A DNA stretch of 64,000 nt from the NCBI GenBank assembly GCA_963932905.1, contig CAWVRN010000006.1:64001-128000 (forward strand). Reading direction: 5' to 3'. This document shows positions 37,319 to 45,745 of this stretch, one piece after another; position 1 is the first letter of the stretch; each line of letters starts with the position of its first letter. The notes under the pieces were generated by a model. The model saw nothing but the letters and a program-made list of their open reading frames with translations. It was not told where the DNA came from and made no database searches. Made by a program: the position numbers and the translations under genes. The stretch is from an uncultured Bdellovibrio sp. (GTDB lineage: Bacteria > Bdellovibrionota > Bdellovibrionia > Bdellovibrionales > Bdellovibrionaceae).

Positions 37319-38824
37319 TTAGTGTCTAAAATGCCTTTTGCCACTAAAAATTAAGTTCACATCTAGTTCCTGGCACTTTTTAATTACGTCGTCATCTTTC
37401 ACACTTCCACCTGGCTGAAAGACCCACTTAATTTTATGTTTTGCTATAAGTTCAATTGAATCAGTGAATGGGAAAAACGCATCTGAAATCAGAACGGTTT
37501 GTGAAGTGATTTGATGATGTTTCAACGCTCGACCTAAGGATTGCTCTACAGCATCGACGCGATTTACCTGTCCCATGCCTAAGCCAATTGTCATTTTGTT
37601 ATCGATCAAAGCTATGCTGTTTGATTTTAAGTAACCACATACTTTTTCGCCAAAAATAATATCTGCTTTTATACTTTCAGGAATCGCCTTTCCAAAAATT
37701 TGCCATTGCTCTGATGGGGATGGAAACATATCTTGGTCCTGAACCAAAAAGCCACCCATGATTGTTTTTACGACCAGAGGGTTTTTCTTAGTGTGCACAG
37801 GGTATGTTAAAAGTCGTAGGTTTTTCTTTTTCGAAAACAGGGCAAGTGCATCATCCGAATAACCGGGCGCCACGATACACTCTAAGAAAATTTTTGAAAG
37901 TTCTTCCGCCATTTTTAACCCAATCGTACAATTCGTGGCGACGATTCCACCAAAAATGCTGACAGGATCTGTTTTCACAAGACGTTGCATGACATCGTCA
38001 GCATCGGTACCATAAGCCACACCACAAGGATTGTTGTGTTTAACGGCAACGGCATTCTTTTCTGGAATTTCTAAAGACAGGGTCAGGGCCGCATCTAAAT
38101 CCAACAAGTTATTGTAAGAAAGCTCTTTGCCTTGAAGGATTTTAAAATCTTGGAAACCTTGCAAGTTCCCACCAAATTTGTACCAACGTGCTTTTTGATG
38201 AGGGTTTTCGCCATAGCGAAGTTCTTTTTCTAGTTTACCCCCTAGCATGAACTGCTCGGTTGATTCAGGATTTAGATACTGACTAATCAACGAATCGTAG
38301 TAACTGCAATGTTGAAACACTTTAGCCGCTAGCTGTTTGTTCAGCGCGTACCTGTCAGTCGATTCTAAAATACGAGGATAATCGTTTGGATCGCAAACAA
38401 CAGTGATACGTTCAAAACTTTTAGCGGCAGAACGAAGCATGCTAGGTCCACCGATATCAATTTTCTCAATCATTTCGTGCGGGGGAAGATTTTTTTTAAG
38501 CGATTCTTCAAAGGGGTAAAGATTAACGACAACTAGGTCAAACATCTCAGTCTCAAATTTTTTCAGGACTTCAGCATCACTTGAATTTCCAGCTCGAGCC
38601 AGTAATCCCATATGAATCTTAGGATGCAAAGTCTTCACTCGGCCATCCATCACCTCAGGAAACTGAGTCACTTCGCTAACATCCACCACCGGCAACTTAT
38701 GGTCCCGAAGAAACTGAGCCGTTCCCCCGGTAGATATCAACTGAAGCCCTTTTTTCACAAGCGGCTCCAAAAACTCAATCAACCCACTCTTATCCGAAAC
38801 ACTCACCAAAGCCCGACGAAACAT
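37319..38824 (-). CDS. purH: Bifunctional AICAR transformylase/IMP cyclohydrolase
   Basis: RALVSVSDKSG, GRVKTLHP, IDIGGP, LRYGENPHQ, KHNNPCG, SDAFFPF, RHFRH. Confidence 0.98.
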   Translation of the reverse strand: MFRRALVSVSDKSGLIEFLEPLVKKGLQLISTGGTAQFLRDHKLPVVDVSEVTQFPEVMDGRVKTLHPKIHMGLLARAGNSSDAEVLKKFETEMFDLVVVNLYPFEESLKKNLPPHEMIEKIDIGGPSMLRSAAKSFERITVVCDPNDYPRILESTDRYALNKQLAAKVFQHCSYYDSLISQYLNPESTEQFMLGGKLEKELRYGENPHQKARWYKFGGNLQGFQDFKILQGKELSYNNLLDLDAALTLSLEIPEKNAVAVKHNNPCGVAYGTDADDVMQRLVKTDPVSIFGGIVATNCTIGLKMAEELSKIFLECIVAPGYSDDALALFSKKKNLRLLTYPVHTKKNPLVVKTIMGGFLVQDQDMFPSPSEQWQIFGKAIPESIKADIIFGEKVCGYLKSNSIALIDNKMTIGLGMGQVNRVDAVEQSLGRALKHHQITSQTVLISDAFFPFTDSIELIAKHKIKWVFQPGGSVKDDDVIKKCQELDVNLIFSGKRHFRH

Positions 38825-38878
38825 AAACACCCCTGCCGATAAGCAAAGAGGTACCACTATTTTCCAAAGTTTCCAAAT

Positions 38879-38988
38879 AAAGGGTACCTCCTAACATTCT
38901 GGAGCCCAGCGCATTAAACAACTGCGCCAGAAATTAATATCAGATTAATTTTTATGCGGCGGGTACCAGAATGTTAGGAGGTACCTTT
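38879..38988. repeat. ~105-bp palindromic (REP/MITE-like) intergenic element
   Basis: Perfect 20-bp inverted repeat ggtacctcctaacattctgg (38883-38902) / ccagaatgttaggaggtacc (38966-38985), with imperfect inward extension. Confidence 0.85.
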
Positions 38989-40366
38989 AGAATGGGGATT
39001 TTGTGAGTAATAGCTTTAGGTCGTCGTTGGTTAGGAATAGACCGGCGCCTAGGTAGCTGGATTTGGTTTGTTCCTTGTCTAGCATATCTTGTTGGCCGGC
39101 TGTTAAGTAGAGGCCGTAGAATAAGTCATAACGGGCCGAGACCCTTAAGTTTGCTTTTTCTAGGTTAAATGCTTCAACGCTGAACCTAAGTTTGCGATTG
39201 AAGAAATGGTAGTCCATTCCAAAACCACCCGAGTTTTCGATTAAACCGGCCTTAATAGTAAAGTCGTAGAAATTTTTAGCAAATAGTAAAGTGAATTTCG
39301 TTTTGCTTAGGAAACGTTTTTCTGTGCTGGTGTCCGAAACAACCGCACCACCGCTGCTGACTTTGGTTTCTTCACGTTCAACAAGACCTGCCGGATCGTT
39401 GACGATACCTAGATAGTAATAGCGATCTAAACCCGGCTGAATCTGGATACCAATCGTTGATTTCGTTTGGCCAACTGACGTCAAGTAGTCGCCATGGAAA
39501 TCAAATCCGGTTTGAATTTTTCCCGCCGTATCAAATAAGCTGCTGATCCCCGTGATAGCCGTGTTTAACTCTTCCACCGTTGTTTCGTCATTGATAAGTT
39601 TACCGATGGTGCCTTCACCCTTATTGATTTTAGTGGTAACTTCATCAATGTTCTTCATAGTGCTATCCAAACGCACCAAAGTTTTTTTCCACGTTTTCTT
39701 TAAGCCTTCGTCACTTTCATCATTTACCAATTCATCAAGCGTACGAGTGATGTCATTCACCTGATCTACGATTTCAGCAATTTGTTCTTTGTTTTCACCG
39801 GTAATATCTTTGATATCATCCGTGATTTTTTCGATATTCTTAACGATACGACCCAATACGTGTTTTTGTGTTCCTTCATCGGACAATGATTCACGCACAA
39901 CTTCTGCGACTTGTTTTAATGAACCCGCAATATCACCCACTTGAGCTAACACATTATCTAACGAACCTTTGTCACGCACATTGAGGATCTGACCACCTTC
40001 TGGTAGCGGCGGATCAGAAATAGAGCCCGGATTTAATTCGACGTGCTTGTCACCCAAGATACCAATTGATTTAATTTCAACAGCTGCCGACGTTGTCATC
40101 GGGGTGTCTGCCCCCACACTGATTTCAATACGCGCTTTTCCATCTTGCAGACGAATATCTTTAATCACGCCAATAGGAATACCGGCCGTTTTTACACCAG
40201 AGTTTTTAATTAATCCCGCGGCATTATCTAACAAAAACCATGCACGTTTTGATTTGCCTAAAAAACTTGGGTCATCACTGACCTGCATTGACATCAAGCC
40301 GATCAATCCGCCGACGATCACAACAAGAGCCCCCACTTTAAATTCAGTAGTTCCCATTAAGCTCAT
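38987..40366 (-). CDS. mlaD: MCE/MlaD family protein, long form
   Basis: EFKVG TM, AAGL...VKTAGIPIG.I, GILGDKHVEL MCE; helical region with GEGTIGKLIND; beta-rich C-terminus. Confidence 0.9.
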   Translation of the reverse strand: MSLMGTTEFKVGALVVIVGGLIGLMSMQVSDDPSFLGKSKRAWFLLDNAAGLIKNSGVKTAGIPIGVIKDIRLQDGKARIEISVGADTPMTTSAAVEIKSIGILGDKHVELNPGSISDPPLPEGGQILNVRDKGSLDNVLAQVGDIAGSLKQVAEVVRESLSDEGTQKHVLGRIVKNIEKITDDIKDITGENKEQIAEIVDQVNDITRTLDELVNDESDEGLKKTWKKTLVRLDSTMKNIDEVTTKINKGEGTIGKLINDETTVEELNTAITGISSLFDTAGKIQTGFDFHGDYLTSVGQTKSTIGIQIQPGLDRYYYLGIVNDPAGLVEREETKVSSGGAVVSDTSTEKRFLSKTKFTLLFAKNFYDFTIKAGLIENSGGFGMDYHFFNRKLRFSVEAFNLEKANLRVSARYDLFYGLYLTAGQQDMLDKEQTKSSYLGAGLFLTNDDLKLLLTKSPF

Positions 40367-41118
40367 GAGTGCTTCATCCCCTTAGACACAAACCGTTTTA
40401 CCAATTCAATTTCACTGTTATAAAAATCTTCGGGTTTTCCAAATAGAAGGACTTGGCCAGCATCAAGCATAGCTACATAATCGGCAATTCTGAAGGCCGC
40501 TGCAAGGTCATGACTTACCATTATAGAGGTGGTCCCTTTATTGTGTTTATGTGTTTCTAATATTAGATTATCTACCATTTCGGTTAGAATGGGATCTAAA
40601 CCTGTCGTTGGTTCATCATACACAAGAATTTCTGGATCTAGGGCTAACGCGCGCGCCAGTCCAGTACGCTTTTGCATACCACCACTGATCTGACTGGGAA
40701 GTTTATGAAAATGTTTCGGATCCAGTCCCACCATCTTCAGTTTGTCTTCCGCAATTTTTCTAACCTCATCTGGTTTTAAATTTCGTCGATGCTCAATCAA
40801 AGGAAAACTTACGTTTTCTATAACCGTCATATCGTCAAACAAAGCAGCCGATTGGAATAGCACACCAAAATTGCAGCGAAACTTGGTTAAGTCGTCGGGT
40901 GACAGTTTAGACATATCAGTACCTAAAACTTCTACTTTTCCTGAGGTGGGTTGGAACAGTCCTAACATATGCTTCAACAAAACAGATTTACCTGTTCCAG
41001 AAAAACCAATAATTGCCGTTAACGAACCTTTGGGAATTTCCAAGCTTAGCCCTTTAAGAACAAAGTCTTTACCATCAAATGTTTTTTTTACGTCTTGAAT
41101 TTTAACGGCAGCTTCCAT
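40363..41118 (-). CDS. mlaF: MlaF ABC ATPase
   Basis: GFSGTGKS, FQSAALFD, ISGGMQKR, YDEPTTGLDP. Confidence 0.92.
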   Translation of the reverse strand: MEAAVKIQDVKKTFDGKDFVLKGLSLEIPKGSLTAIIGFSGTGKSVLLKHMLGLFQPTSGKVEVLGTDMSKLSPDDLTKFRCNFGVLFQSAALFDDMTVIENVSFPLIEHRRNLKPDEVRKIAEDKLKMVGLDPKHFHKLPSQISGGMQKRTGLARALALDPEILVYDEPTTGLDPILTEMVDNLILETHKHNKGTTSIMVSHDLAAAFRIADYVAMLDAGQVLLFGKPEDFYNSEIELVKRFVSKGMKHS

Positions 41119-41894
41119 TACTGAATTCCCATCGTTAAATAGAAAATACGGATCAAGTTTGACACGAAATAATCTAAAATAATAACCATGACCATACTTG
41201 TGACGACCCCTTGATTGGTCGCTTCACCCACACCTTTTGCTCCACCCGTAGTGTAGAACCCGCGATAGGTACAAACTAATCCAAAGATCAAACCAAAGAT
41301 GGCCGACTTAAACAGACCCTCCATGATGTGTTTTACTTCTACCGTCTGCCTTATTTTTTCTAAGAATATGGCTTTATCTAAATCAACGATGAAAACAACT
41401 AAAATGTAACTACCAATCATCGCCACGAAATCAAATACGGCGGTCAGTAATGGCATACAAATGATTGCGGCCAAAATTCTTGGCCCGATTAAATACTGAC
41501 GAGTGTTCACACCCATCACATCCAGCGCATCGATTTGCTCGTTCACACGCATGGTCCCCAAACGCGCTGCCATTGCCCCACCCGCGCGGGCAGCTACGAT
41601 CAATCCCGTCAATACGGGACCAAGCTCACGAGTCACACCCAGCGCCACTGTCGGACCAACTAGATTGACAGCATTAATGATTTTAAATCCCAAATAGATT
41701 TGAAGTGAAAGAGCTAACCCTGTGAATAACGAAGTTAGCGAAATAATCGCAACAGATTTATTTCCAATGAATTCCATGTGCTTTAGTATTTCTTGCCAAC
41801 GATTGGGCGGAGTCACAAGCAAACGCAACGAGGACGTCATGAATAAAATCATGTTCCCAGTCTCAGCTACAAAACTACGTACGGCGGTTACCAT
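41118..41894 (-). CDS. mlaE: MlaE permease
   Basis: RELGPVLT...LGTMRVNEQIDAL, GGAKGVG.AT. Confidence 0.93.
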   Translation of the reverse strand: MVTAVRSFVAETGNMILFMTSSLRLLVTPPNRWQEILKHMEFIGNKSVAIISLTSLFTGLALSLQIYLGFKIINAVNLVGPTVALGVTRELGPVLTGLIVAARAGGAMAARLGTMRVNEQIDALDVMGVNTRQYLIGPRILAAIICMPLLTAVFDFVAMIGSYILVVFIVDLDKAIFLEKIRQTVEVKHIMEGLFKSAIFGLIFGLVCTYRGFYTTGGAKGVGEATNQGVVTSMVMVIILDYFVSNLIRIFYLTMGIQ

Positions 41895-42002
41895 GCCTTA
41901 TCGTATCGTTTTCGTTAAGCTATTACAATGATCGAAGGTTACGGACTAGAAGAAAGTAACCATACTAGGCACTTTCTTCCGTGACGTAATAATGTTGTTA
42001 AA

Positions 42003-43022
42003 TTACTTGGATTGATTTCCGGAATCTAAGCTTTTCAGTTTTTGTATCGCTCGCGGTTTGTCGCCCTTCTTGCTTAGGTCAGTCACCTGTTTGGCGATTT
42101 CAGCGTATACCGGTCCTAAATCTTCGACAAATTCGTTTTCACTACATATTTTTCTTTGACCATCTTCACCCAGAATAACTTTTGCCATCGACATCGCAGT
42201 CTCTTTTTTCTGAGCAGAATAAAATGCACCTGAAAAACGTCCGCTAGCTAACGGTAGTCCTTCTTCACTGGAAGCCTTTAAGTTTCCCGTAACCGAGGGC
42301 TTTTTTATGTCGACATAATCTACATTCGCAACACCATCTGAATCCGTATGGAACGTCAGCTTTTCATTTCCGCATATCACAGATAGATTTCCAGCCTCAC
42401 ATTTGATATCTACGGTTTTTCCAAAATTGTCGCTATCAAATGGCCAAGCCTCTAAACCCTTTTTACTTTCTTTATTCCACCATGAATAAATTCCACCTAA
42501 GATCGCCGCCACTGCCAAGGCAATCAGGTAAGGTATAAGCAACGCGGCTTCCGCATTCTCCCCTGTACTCAGACGAAAAAAGAGATATTTTACGGCACCA
42601 TTCCTTCCAACTTTTTGAGCAAAGAAAACCTCCACATCTTTAAACGTTTGTAAAACGTCTTTTGGATTCTTTAAGGCTAGGTTTTCGCCATTATAAGAAA
42701 TTTGAAGTTTATCAGAATTTGCAAAAACTAATGGATATTTAAGACCTTCAATCGTTAGCTTATTTCCCTTCAATTCCGTCACTGGCATCCGAGTCGTAAC
42801 GGCGATATTTTTTTCTTTTAGAAGTTTCCTAATTGTCACCAATGCCTTGGCATCCATCTTACTAAACGCGATCATTTTAGCGACTTCGTCAACCGTTGGT
42901 TGAGTGGCGATAAAATCCGCAGCATTTTTTACATTTGGCTTTTGATAAAATAGAACGGTTTCAGCAAAACTAAATTGGACAAGCAAAATGCTACTAAGTA
43001 GCACTTTAATAATAAAGCTCAT
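42003..43022 (-). CDS. Exported hypothetical protein with internal TM segment
   Basis: Signal peptide (SFA); internal ALLIPYLIALAVAAILGGIYSWW. Confidence 0.7.
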   Translation of the reverse strand: MSFIIKVLLSSILLVQFSFAETVLFYQKPNVKNAADFIATQPTVDEVAKMIAFSKMDAKALVTIRKLLKEKNIAVTTRMPVTELKGNKLTIEGLKYPLVFANSDKLQISYNGENLALKNPKDVLQTFKDVEVFFAQKVGRNGAVKYLFFRLSTGENAEAALLIPYLIALAVAAILGGIYSWWNKESKKGLEAWPFDSDNFGKTVDIKCEAGNLSVICGNEKLTFHTDSDGVANVDYVDIKKPSVTGNLKASSEEGLPLASGRFSGAFYSAQKKETAMSMAKVILGEDGQRKICSENEFVEDLGPVYAEIAKQVTDLSKKGDKPRAIQKLKSLDSGNQSK

Positions 43023-43091
43023 GAGGCAAACTCCTGTGAAGGACCTACCATTATTGTAACATTCTCTGCTGGGTATTTAATATTTCTTTCT

Positions 43092-44261
43092 CTACTGACT
43101 GGACTCGACGATAACCCGGGGAACACGAATGCTCATGCTGGTTAGAATTTCCCAAGGGATAGTCTCTAAAATTTCCGCGTATGTGGCAGCCGTTTGTTGA
43201 TAGCCCATTTGCTCATTGTAACCAAATAGAACTACGCCATCATTTTTTTCAATTTTTAAATTCATAATTGATGTCAGATCAATCATCAAATAGTCCATGC
43301 AAATATTTCCAACAATTGGAACCAACTGTCCATGAACGCTGACTAGACCTTTGTTGGATAGATTTCTATGAACTCCGTCCGCATAACCAATTGGAACGAT
43401 ACCAATTACCGAATCCTTTTTAGCAATCCAGGTATGTCCATAAGATACCCCACTGCCCTTGCCAACAAAACGAATTTCACTTAGGTGTGATTTTAATGTC
43501 ATCACTGGTTTAAGTTCACTTTGAAAATCATTTTTGAAATTCATTTTAGGCGCATACCCGTATAGCAACAACCCGGGGCGCACTCCCAGTCCATGATCAA
43601 ACGCCGCTTTAGATTTGCTCTGTTCCGCGGCGATCCTTGATAAAAGCCCCGCAGAGTTTAATGCATGAATTGCGGGACCATATTTTTTAAAAATAGGTGC
43701 CACGTGCGCTAAAGCGGACAGCTGTCCCTGCGTTTTTCCATCAGGCTCAATACCATCTTCACCGCTATGAAGATGAGTCAGCAAGCCTTTCAAACGAAAA
43801 TTTTTATTCTGCCAAAGAAATTCATCAATTTTCGAAGCCTCTTTAACGGGAAAACCGAGACGATTCATTCCCGTATCAAACTTCACGTGAATGGGAATGG
43901 CTTTGCCTTTATTTGCTTGAGTTAAAAATTCAAGATGATCCCATTGACTAACTACCGGAATAAATCCACGCTCAACAATCTCATCCGCGCCTTGTTTATC
44001 GAATCCCCGGAAAACTAAAATATTTGACTTGATACCAGCCTGTTGCAGCCACAAAGCTTCCTCTATCAAACAAACACCCATGTGATTCACACCTTCGGCC
44101 TCTAAACATTTCGCCACAATGACATCTCCGTGGCCGTATCCATTGGCTTTAACCATGGGGCATAGGAAATTTTCCTTAGGAAAATGCGACCGAATCCATG
44201 AAAGATTGTGTTTTAAATGATGTAGGTTTATTTCCGCGTAGGATTTTCTAAACAAGTTCAT
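43092..44261 (-). CDS. alr: Alanine racemase
   Basis: VKANGYGHG, HVKFDTGMNRLG, VRPG, SYG, PIGYADG, ICMD. Confidence 0.97.
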   Translation of the reverse strand: MNLFRKSYAEINLHHLKHNLSWIRSHFPKENFLCPMVKANGYGHGDVIVAKCLEAEGVNHMGVCLIEEALWLQQAGIKSNILVFRGFDKQGADEIVERGFIPVVSQWDHLEFLTQANKGKAIPIHVKFDTGMNRLGFPVKEASKIDEFLWQNKNFRLKGLLTHLHSGEDGIEPDGKTQGQLSALAHVAPIFKKYGPAIHALNSAGLLSRIAAEQSKSKAAFDHGLGVRPGLLLYGYAPKMNFKNDFQSELKPVMTLKSHLSEIRFVGKGSGVSYGHTWIAKKDSVIGIVPIGYADGVHRNLSNKGLVSVHGQLVPIVGNICMDYLMIDLTSIMNLKIEKNDGVVLFGYNEQMGYQQTAATYAEILETIPWEILTSMSIRVPRVIVESSQ

Positions 44262-45745
44262 TACAACTCGTTTTCATCGACGCCGTAATCCGGTACAAAA
44301 TTATCGGGAGCTTTGTAAAGACAAATACGGTTTCCACCTTTTGAAGCAATAAAGCGCATAGACTTAACCGCCGAATCTTCTAACGAATCCTTATCACGGC
44401 ACAAGCTTGGATATTCCGAAGCGCCAAGACTTACCGTTACTTTCAATCCGCTATCCATCAACGTGTGACTTTCTATCAAACGACGCAGACGTTCCGCACG
44501 CAGAGACGCACCTTTTCTACTACAGTGAGGCAATATGATAGAAAATTCGTTGGCACCCGTACGGCATGTCACATCGTTTGCTCGGCCAGTTTTATTCATT
44601 ACATTCGCCACTGATTTTAAAATCAAATCCCGAGTGGGTTCGCCCATAGATCGTTCTATCTCGTCAAAATCATCGATAGCTATTTTGATTAACGCCAGTG
44701 GCAGTTTCAAACGTTTCGCACGTTCAAATTCATCGTGAAGCTTGTTATTGAAATATTTTTTGTTAAACAGTTCCGTCACGGTGTCTTGGATTTCCAGTTG
44801 GTTTAGTCGTTTTTCCAAACAATAAACCGAATAATACAAGCTAGTAGCACAAACATAGTCTTGCATTTGATCAATCAGTGTATTCGCCGACTCTTGATCA
44901 AAAACAAAAACGCCTTCTAGAACGTCACGATCAAATAATGGAATCATCGATGGCCGTTGAAATGCAAACATGTTCGCTATCACTTGATTAAATGAAGCCG
45001 GCACAATATTTAGCAAAATCTGCTTCACTAAATCTTTTGTTTCTTCTGGATTCAGTGCACTGCCTAGACCTTCATGCACTTGATGGTTAGGCATTGAGGC
45101 ATGTGACATCACGAACGAATTCATGCTTGGTAAAAATTTAAAAAACAACAACGGCAGATTCGATAAATTTTGAAACAACATGCGAATGATATCTTCTTTG
45201 CTTTCGGCAATTCGATATTCATTAATCATCTCAGAAATAGTTTTCAGAATAGGAATAGCTACTTTTGCCGTGCCTTCGTCCGCTTCCGCTTTTTCTACTT
45301 CTATCTTAGTTTTTTGCAATTCAGAAAAAATCTGCTCGTTCTTATAAGTTAAGAAAATCGCTTCACAAGTGCGATTAACAGCCCAAAGCACACGCTCTTT
45401 TAAATACGGCATTTTGGTGTGAATCACTTCACGCACTCCATAGTCCGCATAGTTTACAAAAATCTGAAAATTATCTTCTTCGGTTAAAAAAATCAAAGCT
45501 ACTTCAGAACTGAATTGATTGATTTTTTCGACATACTCGTTCAACGGTCTAGTTATTGAGCTTAAATCCAGTATCACTACATGAGGACCTATTTGTTGTA
45601 ATCGATCCCAAAACGAGTCTTCATGTTCGATAAAAAATGATTCATAGCCAGCTTGAGAAATTTGAACTTTAACGGTTGAGCCTAAATCCAAATTACGTGA
45701 AAAAATCAAAACTTGAAATTGGGGTGCTAGTTCGCGAATGTTCAC
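44261..45745 (-). CDS. cdgA: Degenerate GGDEF (GANEF) c-di-GMP receptor with pseudo-REC domain, CdgA-like
   Basis: DTVTELFN...; RAND I-site then RTGANEF; REC-like N-terminus lacking the acidic pocket. Confidence 0.75.
   Translation of the reverse strand: MNIRELAPQFQVLIFSRNLDLGSTVKVQISQAGYESFFIEHEDSFWDRLQQIGPHVVILDLSSITRPLNEYVEKINQFSSEVALIFLTEEDNFQIFVNYADYGVREVIHTKMPYLKERVLWAVNRTCEAIFLTYKNEQIFSELQKTKIEVEKAEADEGTAKVAIPILKTISEMINEYRIAESKEDIIRMLFQNLSNLPLLFFKFLPSMNSFVMSHASMPNHQVHEGLGSALNPEETKDLVKQILLNIVPASFNQVIANMFAFQRPSMIPLFDRDVLEGVFVFDQESANTLIDQMQDYVCATSLYYSVYCLEKRLNQLEIQDTVTELFNKKYFNNKLHDEFERAKRLKLPLALIKIAIDDFDEIERSMGEPTRDLILKSVANVMNKTGRANDVTCRTGANEFSIILPHCSRKGASLRAERLRRLIESHTLMDSGLKVTVSLGASEYPSLCRDKDSLEDSAVKSMRFIASKGGNRICLYKAPDNFVPDYGVDENEL

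Noticed and set aside
41976..42003. dif-like site (tgttgttaaat resembles the XerD arm)
   Set aside because: No XerC arm ending in ATAA at the 6-bp spacing.
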